Source: Octopus bimaculoides
Taxonomy: Eukaryota
Direction: 5' to 3'
DNA length: 37,690 nt
Assembly: GCF_001194135.2 (NCBI RefSeq)
Contig: NC_068992.1
Coordinates: 28,141,035-28,178,724 of the forward strand
This document shows, in pieces, positions 12,617 through 24,464 of this stretch. The translations under genes and the position numbers were made by a program. The notes below the pieces were generated by a model that saw nothing but the letters and a program-made list of their open reading frames with translations, had not been told where the DNA came from and did no database searches. Position 1 is the first letter of the stretch, and each line of letters opens with the position of its first letter.

Positions 12617-12745
12617 AGGTTAATTTTGTTATTTAACGACAAGTTAGTCATGGACAAGCAAACAAATAACCAAAAGCCGTTTCAGACGTAAACAACCCGT
12701 CTTTTTAAAGTCGGCAGGGTGTGATACGACTGCTATCTCTAGCAG
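12617..12745. mobile_element. Degenerate interspersed repeat (family E); related copy in the opposite orientation at about 28830-29010
   Basis: Both share the core tttttaa(a)g..g.ag(g)g.gtgat...ctgcta and a (CAA/TTG)n-type end. Similarity is weak. Confidence 0.35.
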
Positions 12746-13069
12746 GTTGAGACTAAAGTTTCCTAGTAGAGAAGGTGAAATATTTATCCAATATGGAACG
12801 AAGATTTTTCTCGTCGTTGTATTTGTAACACTATATCAATAACAAGTTCAACTCGCTAGTTAAGAAGAAAAGATTGAGATTACAGATTGTGAAATGTTTA
12901 GATTATAACAGTTCTTATTGATTCGTTTGTTTAACTTGTTAATGATGACTGGCAGACTCATTTTAAATCTTATAAGTGAACAGTAATGTGAAAACAGCAG
13001 ACCCTTCACACTGATCAGCAGCTTACAATTTGCAAATAATACAATGTGTGCGTGTGTGTATATATGTAT

Positions 13070-13347
13070 AGACACATACATACATACATACATACATATA
13101 TACATACATAAATACATACATACATACATACATACGTACATACATATATACATACATTTACACACACAGAGAAATTTTTACTCTATTGATGTATAGAGTA
13201 ACCCATCAGATTAATGTAAAATTGTTTTTATTATAACTGAACATAAAAACAAGCATTAACATTATATANNNNNNNNNNNNNNNNNNNNNNNNNNNNNNNN
13301 NNNNNNNNNNNNNNNNNNNNNNNATATATATATATATATATATATAC
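13070..13347. repeat. (TACA)n at 13070-13168 and a (TA)n-flanked N gap at 13269-13323
   Basis: Direct reading. Confidence 0.9.
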
Positions 13348-14337
13348 ATAAATTTATAAATATGTGTTTAAAATGTTCTGGCTCTGACACTCTTGCATAC
13401 GTACATACCAATATCATACAATTTCGGTTATAAATTCCCCAACAGAAAGAGTATTTGATTTATCTCTCTCTCTCTCTCTCTAAATTACCATTACATAACC
13501 ACAAACAACGATAGTATAAAACAGTCTCTAGTTTTAATAGAACTAATTAATAGAACAAATTATGCGACAATACAGAAACAAACCTAACACAACAAATGCA
13601 ATAGACAGAACTTAATGCCCATTAAAACCGAACAGAACCCACCCACAGACATATAAACTATATTCTGTGAATGAAATGAAATCTGACTCGAGTAGAAATG
13701 AATACACTGCTTAACAAAAACAAAAACAAACCCATTAAATAGAAAAATTTGCATTAAGCCAAATCATAAACTAAATCATTTATAATTTGCATTAGAGAGA
13801 GTAATAAATATCATTAATGATATATTAGAAGATTACGAAAAATCATAAATCTCCTTACAGACAGCAAAATGCGAGCCAACATTCAATCCAGGGAATAAAT
13901 TTAAGATGAACATTGTAATGTATAAATTTAAATGTAAGCTTGGAGACTTCTTGATTCAAATCATACATTGGACACACGCCCGCGCGTACATACACGAACG
14001 CGCGCGCACACACACACAACTTTCTCGCTGATTTAGCGTGGATCTGCAATATGGCGCTACTCATTAAAACTGATAAGTAGGACAAACTCCTGAATTAGAG
14101 ACGAAATTTCGGCAAAGAAAGAACAAAAGCTAGATTCCACGTGGTAAATGGTACACTCAAAATATCAACCAAAATTCTACTTGAAAGATACTGGAATTGA
14201 GACACGCATTTTTGATCGGCAGAAGGAGTGACATTCTGTATTTTGCAAGAACCCTAAGAAAGGCTTGGGGTGACTTTTTATCACTAAACCCCAGGATAAC
14301 ATCACTGTTAATTAAATTAGCATGTAATAGCTTTTGT

Positions 14338-14403
14338 ACAACAACAACAACAACAACAACAACGACGATGACGACGACGACGACGACGACGACAACAACA
14401 ATA
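14338..14403. repeat. (CAA)n/(CGA)n tract, the tail of a minus-strand SINE-A
   Basis: Direct reading; abuts the SINE 3' end. Confidence 0.95.
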
Positions 14404-14620
14404 ACAGTTTCAAATTTTGCCACAATGGTAGACATTTTGCGGGAGGGAATGTGTCAATTACGTCGACCCCAGTGTTCAACTGGTACTTAATTTATCGACC
14501 CTCAAAGGATGAAAGGCAGAGTCGACCTCGGCGGAAAATTTAACCCAGAACGTAGCGACGGGCGAAATACCGCTAAGCATTTAGCCCAGGATGCTTACAA
14601 GTCTGCCAGCTCACCGCCTT
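14404..14620 (-). mobile_element. SINE family A with tail type A2
   Basis: gtttcaaattttgccac...gtcgacctcggcgg...gccagctcaccgcctt. Confidence 0.9.
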
Positions 14621-14632
14621 AATATAACAAAA

Positions 14633-14714
14633 ATAAGAATCCTTTCTATTGTAGGTACAAGGCCTGAAATTTTGGGAGAGGGGGTAAGTCGATTACATCG
14701 ACCCCAGTGCGTAA
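14633..14714 (-). mobile_element. 5'-truncated SINE-A with tail type A1
   Basis: aatcctttctattgtaggtacaaggcctgaaatttt...gtcgattacatcgaccccagtgcgtaac. Confidence 0.85.
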
Positions 14715-14739
14715 CGATCAGCACCTGGAAAGCAGCAGT

Positions 14740-15460
14740 ACCTGATGAAAAGTAGTACTGCATATTTTCAGCATGGTATAGAGAATGTAGTGATCAAGGG
14801 ATTAAAAAATTTCATCGCCTACCAAGACGATATAATCGTTTTTGCTAAGACGGAAGAAGGTCTGAATAAGCATTTAAAATGCCATCCTCGGAAGATTACG
14901 CGAGAAACAAGTTAGAGTCAACAAAGAAAAATGTTTTCAAAAGACTACAAGCATCACATTTTTATGCCGTGTGATATCGGCAGAAGGAATTAAACCTGCA
15001 AAAGAACTCACTCGTAGAATGATAGCATTAAATCAACCAAAGAGTTCTGAGGAACTGCAATCCTTTCTTGTGGATAATCGGATACTTCAGGCGCTTCATT
15101 TCAAATTTCATTGAAAAACATGCAGAAACTACTGCCAATCATTTTCAGTGGACAGACAAGAGCCAACTTGAATTTGAGAATATTAAAGACGAGCTATGCA
15201 AAGAACCAATGTTGAAGCCATTTGATCCTAAATTATCTACCGAGCTGACGACGGATGCCTCAGTGAACAGCGTTGTAGCAACACTTTCACAAAACGGTCA
15301 CCCTGTTCTATATGTGTCAAGAAAATTGACACCTGCCGAATCTAACTGTTCAAATATCGAACAGGAAGCATTTGCCATTTTATGGGCCATTACCCGTCAC
15401 AAACAATTTCTGCTAGGCAAAACGTTCAACCTCAAAACGGTTCGCAATAGCCTCTAAAAA
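14740..15460 (+). mobile_element. pol: Ty3/Gypsy pol fragment (end of RT plus RNase H), two frameshifts, no LTR recognised
   Basis: Translates as FQHGIENVVIKGLKNFIAYQDDIIVF (YQDD at 14820-14831), then VNKEKCF...ITFL...ISAEGIKP...ELQSFL, then GYFRRFISNF...PMLKPFDP...LTTDAS (15251-15262)...YVSRKLTPAESNCSNIEQEAFAILWAI...FLLGKTFNLKT. Confidence 0.95.
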
Positions 15461-16321
15461 CACGAAAGCTCCATTAGCTGGATTGATTGAGATACGTAAA
15501 GAACGTCGAAACTTATGACTTGTGTAGCTGTGGAGTTATGTTGAATAACTGTTGATGCATGCAGGAGTAATCTGGCTGTCTGCTGAGCCCACAGTGAAAT
15601 GAATCCCGTCGCTGTCTTTTTACCCAGAGAGACAGGCAGATTTTCCTTGTTTAGTTATGACAAAACAAAGTGTAAGATGGACAAAACTGAAAGAAATGAC
15701 GATACTCACTTTCCATTTTTACCTATTACTCATAAATTTCTTCAGGTATCACATGGAAAGAAAAGCAAGTGTGGCGAAGTGGGGGCTAACCTCTAGTAAA
15801 TTAATTGGAAGGTAGGTGAGAGGGAGGTGAACATGGCCCAGTGAATTGGTCCACCTACAATCAAAATGTATTTTCAGATCGAGAAATACAGCTGAGAAGG
15901 AGCGCTTACGCTAGGAAATAAGAGTAATTCTAGGTCCACGGAGTTCTTTCATTGCTCCTAGGTGACAGTTCCGGGACTTATTCATCTACAAAAATATACT
16001 ATGTAGACAGTAGCTTTTTGTTCATTTCATTCTAATACTGTGTAAACATCCAAACGTTTTGTAACCTGTTGGTGTAACCTCCCTCATCTTTTGGATTTTG
16101 AGGAACTAACAAATAAAAAAGACCATTATTGTGATACTCTTGCCGGGTGGCGAGTTAACTACTCCAGGGAATGGGGGAGGCGGAATCGACGACTCAGCTG
16201 TTTGATCAGATATTCTGCCAAATCGACCATAATACAATATTTCTTCAATTAGAGTGAAATAGAAGGTGAAAGGAACAGAAAGGAAACGAAAGCAAAACGA
16301 AAAAAAAAGAAGAAAAATATA

Positions 16322-16668
16322 GTGTGGTAAGAAGTTTTGGGTTCAGTCCCATTGCGTGGCACCTTGGGCAGATCTACTGTAGCCTCGGACCGACCAAAGT
16401 ATCATGAGTGGATTTTGTAGACGGAAACCGAAAGAAGACCGTCGTATGTATGTGTGTGAATTTGTCCCTCACCATCGCTTAAAAACTGGTGTTGGTGTGT
16501 TTACGTCCCAATACATTAGCGGTTCGGCTAAAAAGCCCGATAGAAAAAGTACCGGGTTGAACAAAATAAGTACTGCGATCGATACATTCGACTAAAATTC
16601 TTCAAGGAGGTGCCCCAGTATGGCCACAGTCTAATGACTGAAACAAGTAAAAAAAAAAGAAAAAAAAG
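16322..16668 (+). mobile_element. SINE family B, head partly deleted
   Basis: gtgtggtaagaag...gggttcagtcccattgcgtggcaccttgggca...gactgaaacaagtaaaa. Confidence 0.88.
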
Positions 16669-16676
16669 TAAAATAT

Positions 16677-16869
16677 ATCCTTTTTTACTTTAAGCACAAG
16701 GCCCGAAATGTTTGGGGAGGGAGCCAATCGATTAGATCGACCCCAGTACGCAATTGGTACTTAATTTATCGACCCCGAAAAGATAAAAGCAAAGTCGACC
16801 TCGGCGGAATTTGAACTCAGAACATAAAGTCAGACGAAATACCGGTAAGCATTCCGCCTGGCGTGCTAA
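16677..16869 (-). mobile_element. SINE-A with tail type A1, head interrupted by the next copy
   Basis: gcacaaggcccgaaat...aaagtcgacctcggcggaatttgaactcagaac...ggcgtgctaa. Confidence 0.9.
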
Positions 16870-17069
16870 GTTTTCTTATTTCTTTATTGCCCACAAAGAG
16901 CTAAACATAGAGGGGACAAACAAGGACAGACAAAAAGGATTAAGTCGATTACATTGACCCCAGTGCGTAATCGACCTCGGCGGAATTTGAACTCAGAACG
17001 TAACGGCAGACGAAATACCGCTAAGCATTCCGCCCGGCGTGCTTAACGTTTCTGCCAGCTCCCCGCCTT
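16870..17069 (-). mobile_element. SINE-A with tail type A3 and an internal deletion
   Basis: tttcttatttctttattgcccacaaagagctaaacatagaggggacaaac...cagtgcgtaa joined directly to tcgacctcggcgg...gccagctccccgcctt. Confidence 0.88.
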
Positions 17070-17174
17070 AAAAACCAAAATATATCAAGAATGAAAAATG
17101 AAATATTAACGGAAATGAGATGTAATAATCGTTACCGAGTAATCTCGGTGGTTTGTTTTGCATCGGTTGGAAGT

Positions 17175-17527
17175 TATTGTTGTTGTTCTTGAGAACGAGA
17201 GTGGTGGTGGTGGTGACGATGATGATGATGATGATGAGATGATGATGATGAAAGACGATGATGATGATGGCGATGATGTTTACGTTGACTTGGAAGAACA
17301 CAGGAAAATAGTCTTGTTATTTATTATTTTTTTTTGCTTTAGAAGGTTTAAAAATTTATTTTATCTTTTTTATATGCTTTTCCCAGACATTATTCCTTTT
17401 GACCATGGATGGTGTTTTTGATGTTTCCTCTTTGCATTGTCTCAAAGTTTGTCTGTCTGTTCATCTGTCTAACTGTATATTCTTCTATTTCTCTATGTTA
17501 CTTTCTCTCACTCTCTCTCATTTCCCT

Positions 17528-17609
<82 letters not shown>

Positions 17610-17639
17610 CCCCTCCACACATATACATACATACATACA

Positions 17640-17670
<31 letters not shown>
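17175..17670. repeat. (GAT/GGT)n at 17175-17280, (TTTC)n at 17527-17605, (TACA)n at 17617-17668
   Basis: Direct reading. Confidence 0.92.
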
Positions 17671-17952
17671 GTATATATATAAATAATACAAAATGGGACA
17701 AGAACGCAAAACATCCAGACAGTTAGGTGATACAAGAAAGGGACAACAAAACATTCAGATAGACGATACAAAGAAAACACGGACAGGTCATTCGGAGTTT
17801 TCTTTCCTCAGTCGAGATCCAGATTATCTTTGCAATTTCGGCTGGTTATTCTCTTTATTGTTCCAATCTGGCCAGCCCCACGAAAAACTAAGGTATGAGC
17901 ATTAGATTCCTTGGAAGAAAGCAGCGAATATATATATATATATATATATATG

Positions 17953-18107
17953 CGAGGTGGGAGCTGAAACGTTCCTGGCTTTGGGTAAAAACAAATACAG
18001 GAGGATCAGTTAATTATGATTTGATTCAACATATTCCTGTCTCAGATTCACATGCTTATTGCCTTTCACGATATCCTTTAAGCCAGGAACTTTTCACCAC
18101 TCCCTCA
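17953..18107. mobile_element. Mariner-type MITE of about 155 bp with about 28-bp TIRs, embedded in (TA)n
   Basis: Left end cgaggtgggagctgaaacgttcctggctt; reverse complement of right end tgagggagtggtgaaaagttcctggctt. The CGAGGG...AAAAGTT start resembles irritans/Hsmar2-type mariner TIRs. (TA)n on both flanks. Confidence 0.8.
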
Positions 18108-18203
18108 TATATATATATATATAGGGGTTATAAGGGGTAATGGTATCAATCTCACTCTGAAAAAAAAAAAAGAAATTTATATATATATATACACACATAT
18201 GTA

Positions 18204-18524
18204 GCACTTTATTGGTCACGACGACGTGGGTTCCAATTGATCCGATCAACGGAACACAGTCTGCTCGTAAAATTAGCGTGCAAGTGGCTGAGCACTCCAC
18301 CGACGCACGCGTACCCAAAACGTAGTTCTGAGGGAGATTCAGCGTGATACAAAGCGTGTCATGGCTGGTCCTTTGAATTACAGGTACCATTCATCTTTGC
18401 CGGCTGAGTGGACTGGAGCAACGTGAAATAAAGTGTCTTGCTCAAGGACACAATGCGTCGCTGGGAATTGAACTCACGACCTTACGATTGTGAGTAGAAT
18501 ACTCTAACCACTAAGCCATGTGCG
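18204..18524 (-). mobile_element. SINE family C variant (C' head with C-type 3' end)
   Basis: gggttccaattgatccgatcaacggaac...gcaagtggctgagcactcc is the reverse complement of the 3' end of the 9475 copy; head gggaattgaactcacg...ctaaccactaagcca. Confidence 0.88.
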
Positions 18525-18577
<53 letters not shown>

Positions 18578-18616
18578 TACTTTCATTCATACGCATATGC
18601 GCGCTCACACATAGAC

Positions 18617-18653
<37 letters not shown>

Positions 18654-18911
18654 TAAATTTTGAGTCTCTTTTCAATGGCTTTAGTTACCGGGCTATGGTC
18701 CCGCCGAAGCACATCCTTCTTCGGCATGCAACCAATTACATCTCCTGTACTTCACTTATTTTATGAAACTAGGAAGGATGAAAACCAAACTATTTGGCTG
18801 ATTGCAATCTCGACTAAGCACTGGAGTGCATTCACTCGACTATCATGTCCCACCTTATAAATTTGTTGTCTTGAGCTAATAACCCAAGGAATTATTACTA
18901 GAAGATCGAAG

Positions 18912-19690
18912 GTGGCGAGCTGGCAGAATTGTTAGCAGGCCGGGTAGCGAAATTTTCCCGCAAGAGTTCCGGATCCCAGTTATGAACTCATTTGCATACA
19001 GCCAATCAGAGCTCATTTATCAAACTAATTTATGAGCGCATAACAAGCGATGGGCGATAAGATAAGGTCACTTGGGTAAGGAATGACCATGCTTCTTTTC
19101 TCTTTTAATAAGGCTTGTTGTTCTTGTTCTTGTTTCAACCGTGGCTGCCTCTGCGTAGTTATTTGTGATGTTGTTTACTTTGTAAAGCAGTAAGGGAAGA
19201 GGGTTGCTAGCACATTACCCTCTATCCACATTTTCCCCATCCACATCTTTACCATATGGGGCCCTAACAAAATCCGATTATAGGTATAGATGCAAATATT
19301 TCTAATTACTTGTTTCCTTCTAAACTCAGGCATAACTTGGCGATCTGTCGACTTACAACACCGTTCTTCGCCTTGAGTTTACTTGGCAGAATGTGTTTGT
19401 TAACTTGACAACAAAGTCAAGGTGAGCTCTGATTGGTTGTATGCAAATGAGTTAATTACTGGGGTCCGGAACTCTCGTGGGAAAAAATTTCGCGGCTGAG
19501 AAAAATGCTCAACGTCATTTCGTCCGTCTTTACATTCTGAGCTCAAATTCCGCCGAGGTCGACTTTCTCTTTCATTATTTCGAAGTCGATAAAATAAGTA
19601 CCAATTGAGCACTGGGGTCGATGTAATCGACTTATCCCCTCTCCCGAAATTGCTGGCCTTGTGCCAAAATTTGAAACCATCATTACTAGA
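18912..19690 (+). mobile_element. SINE-A (tail type A2) split by the MITE at 18947-19493
   Basis: Head ggtggcgagctggcagaattgttagca at 18911-18937 resumes as aaatgctcaacgtcatttcgtcc...tctgagctcaaattccgccgaggtcgac after 19502. Confidence 0.88.
18947..19493. mobile_element. Non-autonomous DNA transposon (MITE) of about 547 bp, TIRs about 70 bp, probable degenerate 9-bp TSD (MULE-like)
   Basis: TIRs at 18947-19015 and 19423-19493 differ by 6 mismatches and a 2-nt indel. Flanks ggccgggta (18938-18946) and ggctgagaa (19494-19502) match at 6/9. Confidence 0.85.
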
Positions 19691-20733
19691 AGATCGGTGG
19701 AATGGTTGAAGCTATGGAATATCAGCCCAAACATCTTACAACGTTTGGTTACATAATTCAGTTAGGGGCGATAAAACAAATACTCGGAATGTAATTCAAT
19801 TTAGTGTATTCCATCGACTACAACTATATTCCGTCAAATATAAACTCTATAGTTTATGCAGGGTTATTATAAATCAATGACCTCGTCTGAGAAGTAATCA
19901 GAATTAATAATGAGTAGAATTAGACTTCCGACAAATCGAGTTCATAATATAATTTCTATTTCCTGCAGATTCTCTTTCAGTTCGTGTACATCGTTAATAT
20001 TTTTCAGAATTATTTGATATTATAACTTTGTCTAATTCCATCTCATAAAAACCTCATACAGTTTGGCGATATAATGTTATTGATTTTCTTTTTGGCTTTT
20101 TCTACGTTACAGAGATAGAAATGCTTGCTAAACTTCAGATTTGTACAACAAAAGATGCAATATTCGCGATATTTCTAAGAACATTGGTTAATTCAAGCGA
20201 AGTGAAATAACTTCAATAACAATTCGAACCCACTTCTCAAGATGAATGCTGACTTGTTATCTACGGCTTATAATATATCCTTTAAAATATTCAGCGGTTA
20301 GTTCAATAACTTGATATTTTTGTTTTGTAATTGTATTTTTTATTTTTATCAAAGATAACATTAAAAGAACAGATATCTACTTTGATTCTTTTCATTTCAA
20401 TTATTTTCCTTCATCTCTCCGAAATCCAAGGAAAAATCCCAAGAAACGAACGTTATATTTTTAGGATTGAAGATAAAGAAGAAAGATTTTTTTACTGAAA
20501 GCAAGAACAAATAACTTTAGATTATTAACATGTTTTTGTTTCCTGAAAAAATCCTTGTCGTTCATATTTTTGCGGGATTTTAATGATCTTTTATTAATCT
20601 TGAGAAAATGGCAGCTGTTCAGGCTATGAAATACAATATTTTGCAGCGCTAAGTTTTGCTTGACAACATTACCTAGATTAGAACCAATGGGAGATAATTA
20701 CATTTCTTTGTAATTTGATTTTTTTTACATATG

Positions 20734-20772
<39 letters not shown>

Positions 20773-21149
20773 ATAATTGGAATGTGGTGGATTTTTTTTT
20801 CTTTGACTTTCCTGATTCAGTTAAGTGAAATGGCTACAACTAGAATCGATATTAGCTTGCGGCTTTGGTTGGCTGTGAATTGATATTTTTTAACACAATG
20901 TTTGTATCAATTTCTTTTGGTTAATAACATTTAATATTAAGTTAATATGAGTTAACATTTAGCTAATAATTATAAATATAGAACAAGTTGTAGAAACCTG
21001 GCAAGTGCTCCACAGTTTAAATTTTCCGTTAAAGCACTTTCTTCAGGCGCGAATGGCATAACATCTTGTTTCCTTTTCAAAAACTATAAAACCTTCACGG
21101 CGACGGATTGGCGGAATTGTTAGAGTGATAGAAAAAATATATTACGGTT

Positions 21150-21428
21150 TTATTGTGGGGCTCCTTATGCTGGATAGGTCAAAAGATAGTTGTCAGACTA
21201 ATATAGATCACTTCTTCCTAAAAGTAAAAATGGGTTTGCATATAGATAACACCCATTCTCAGAATCCCCTCCCCCACAAAGTTACAGCGGTTTTGATGAC
21301 AATTCAAAATCAACAAGACTAGAGAGAGAGAGGAAATTCTTCCCTCAGGGAAAGACAATCCAGCGTCGAGAACAGCGAGGAAAAGTCGTCGATGGCATAT
21401 GCTCCAGGTGGGGCAAAAGGCTAAAGTA
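21150..21428 (+). mobile_element. Internally deleted (bipartite) RTE-type element, older and shorter copy
   Basis: Colinear with 30690-31082: ttattgtgg, atgctgga.aggtcaa, ggtttgc...aacacc, gatgacaat...caaga, and gaaaagtcgtcgatg (15/15 identical) followed by tatgctc. Confidence 0.75.
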
Positions 21429-22073
21429 TGTAAAAAGTGATCGGACGTTGTTGGTGATATAACAAGTCTTACAGTGTATGAAACATCCCAAAGACAACGT
21501 CGCCGTGCAGTGTTTCTTTTATAAAGCAAAATTATATAGGAAAATCTAAATCAACTCTCCTACTTAACAGAACATTAATAATTTTTTATATTGACTCAAG
21601 AAGGGAACATCTACGCAGTCACTCAAAACCACTAAAAATAGCAACAGAAACCACCACCTCAAATCACATTTTGCTGACGGAAAAAAAATGAACAATGATT
21701 GATTGGGCCTTTGACATGTGTCTAATTGGAATGGTCATAACTAGAACGCTTTTGATCATATGTACTCGACCACGGCTGGCTTAGAGCTAAACGATGATGA
21801 CAATGACATTGTAATTTTCCTAGTCTGTGGTTGGTACAGTCACGTGTCACGGCCTCAAATACAACACAATACAGTGTTAAAGAATGGATATGAAACCCTG
21901 ATCTTTCGTTTACTTATACCAGACCTTATTGACTTAGTTATCAGTTTCCACCTATGCCTGATTGTAACCATGGTAACAACAGCTTCAAACAAACTTTTTG
22001 AGATTCTTTGAAGTAATAAACGTCCTTACAAGAAGCATATTTTGTTTGCATAAATCCATATGTTCAATGCCTG

Positions 22074-22217
22074 GTGTGTGTGTATATGTGTATGTATGTA
22101 TGTATGTATGTATGTATGTATGTATGTATGTATGTGTGTGTGTGTGTGTATATATATACATACATACATGTATGTGTACGTACATATATATATACATATA
22201 TATATACATATATATAC

Positions 22218-22254
<37 letters not shown>

Positions 22255-22338
22255 CATATATATACATATACATACATATAACTACATATAATTACATATA
22301 TACTTACGTAAATATATATAAACATATATATATATATA

Positions 22339-22410
<72 letters not shown>
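22074..22410. repeat. (TATG)n, (TA/TACA)n and (GA)n compound microsatellite
   Basis: Direct reading. Confidence 0.95.
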
Positions 22411-22413
<3 letters not shown>

Positions 22414-22823
22414 TGGGGAAACGATGCAAAGGAAAGAAGGCGGATAAAGAGATGAGCTAAGATAAAAAGAAGATAGATTATCCTCCTAGACAACCTAAGA
22501 AGATTAGAAAAAATATTTAAATAAAACGCGTTAAAGAAAAGACTAGAAAGAAGAGAGGGGTAGCATTAAAACGGTTATCTAATAATAAACGTATGCTGAC
22601 TACAAAACTATTAAAGACATTATAACTACGATTAATGTAACAATGAAGGGAGAAGATAAAGGGGGAAGATGGAAATATTGAAAATGAAAGGAATTTAGAA
22701 AAAAGGGAGAAAGACGATATAAATATAGAAATGAATTGTAATCTTGGATTAGAAGAAAGTTCCTTGGTTAGGTGTGGACATGAGGGTGGGTGGGTAGATG
22801 GGAAATATTGGATGTACGGGGCT

Positions 22824-23316
22824 NNNNNNNNNNNNNNNNNNNNNNNNNNNNNNNNNNNNNNNNNNNNNNNNNNNNNNNNNNNNNNNNNNNNNNNNNNNNN
22901 NNNNNNNNNNNNNNNNNNNNNNNNNNNNNNNNNNNNNNNNNNNNNNNNNNNNNNNNNNNNNNNNNNNNNNNNNNNNNNNNNNNNNNNNNNNNNNNNNNNN
23001 NNNNNNNNNNNNNNNNNNNNNNNNNNNNNNNNNNNNNNNNNNNNNNNNNNNNNNNNNNNNNNNNNNNNNNNNNNNNNNNNNNNNNNNNNNNNNNNNNNNN
23101 NNNNNNNNNNNNNNNNNNNNNNNNNNNNNNNNNNNNNNNNNNNNNNNNNNNNNNNNNNNNNNNNNNNNNNNNNNNNNNNNNNNNNNNNNNNNNNNNNNNN
23201 NNNNNNNNNNNNNNNNNNNNNNNNNNNNNNNNNNNNNNNNNNNNNNNNNNNNNNNNNNNNNNNNNNNNNNNNNNNNNNNNNNNNNNNNNNNNNNNNNNNN
23301 NNNNNNNNNNNNNNNN
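22824..23316. other. Assembly gap (N)
   Basis: N run followed by (TA)n/(GA)n. Confidence 1.
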
Positions 23317-23362
<46 letters not shown>

Positions 23363-23381
23363 TATAGATATAGATATCGGT

Positions 23382-23605
23382 AAGGCGTCGAGCTGGCAGA
23401 ATCGTTAACACACTGGGCGAAATGATTAGCAGTATTTCGTCTGCCTTTCTGAGTTCAAATTCTGAGTTCAAATTCCGCCGAGGTCGACTTTGCCTTACAT
23501 CTTTTCGAGGTCGATAAAGTAAGTACCGGTTGGGTACTGTGGTCGATCTAATCGACTGGCCCCTTCCACCAAAATTTCGAGCCTTGTGCCTACAGTAGAA
23601 AAGAA
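23382..23605 (+). mobile_element. SINE-A, full length, tail type A1, duplicated B-box segment
   Basis: aaggcgtcgagctggcagaatcgtta...tctgagttcaaat twice...ccttgtgcctacagtagaaaag. Confidence 0.92.
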
Positions 23606-23749
23606 TATATATACATATGTATTGCGAGTAACTATCTCACTTACATATATATATATAACACATATATACATCTACGCATATATTAATGTATACACACATA
23701 CATACAAACATGCATGCTCCAACACACATACACACACTCAGGCACACAC

Positions 23750-23960
23750 ATATTATGTATCTGTCTGTCTATCTATCTGTGTGTGTGTCTGTCTGTTTGT
23801 CTGTCTTATTCTATCTGTCTGTATGTCTATCTATCTATCTGTCTGTCTGTCTGTGTTTGTCTGTCTGTCTGTGTTTGTCTGTCTGTCTGTGTTTGTCTGT
23901 CTTATTCTGTCTGTCTATCTATCTATCTATCTATCTATATGTTTGTCTGTGTGAGTGTAT
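23750..23960. repeat. Degenerate (TCTG/TCTA)n
   Basis: Direct reading. Confidence 0.9.
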
Positions 23961-24396
23961 GTGTGCCTGTAAAGAGTAGTAATTCTATTTTCTCCTATCA
24001 TAATTTCCCATCTACCCCCCCTCTCACTCCACAATACTAATAATGCGCTCCGGAAAATATCGGCTGTTGTTGCGAATCTCCTCAGTTCTTCTCTACTCTC
24101 TTGTAACTCTGATCAAACATGCCTATATAAGGAGTTATTACCGTCGCACATTTGCAATGGATTGGTCTTGCTGAAGCGGTTGAGAAGAGGGACAGTGTGT
24201 GTAATGGGGTTTGGATGGGTTGAATCGAAGAATTTCCTTGAAAAAATCAATTACTTGTGTGTGTATAATAATATTTCTCCGTATTTGATTATATTTCTAG
24301 ACCCTGTTCCCCTATCTTCTGATGCCCCAGGACCTTCAGACACACACTTAAATACACAAGCTTCCTTAAGCCTTTAAGTAATTCTTCCAACAACTC

Positions 24397-24406
24397 TGCC
24401 ACCACC

Positions 24407-24438
<32 letters not shown>

Positions 24439-24464
24439 CAACAACAAAACTACTAACGCCACCA
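24397..24464. repeat. (CCA)n(CAA)n adjoining the N gap at 24465-25327
   Basis: Direct reading. Confidence 0.9.

Noticed and set aside
14045-14145. YY1-like AATATGGCG and E-box CCACGTGG near a short CpG-rich patch
   Set aside because: Isolated short motifs with no supporting structure.
20113-20210. Acceptor-like site followed by 32 open codons (similar cases at 24301-24377 and near 8325)
   Set aside because: No recognisable peptide, no convincing donor or branch point; expected by chance in AT-rich DNA.
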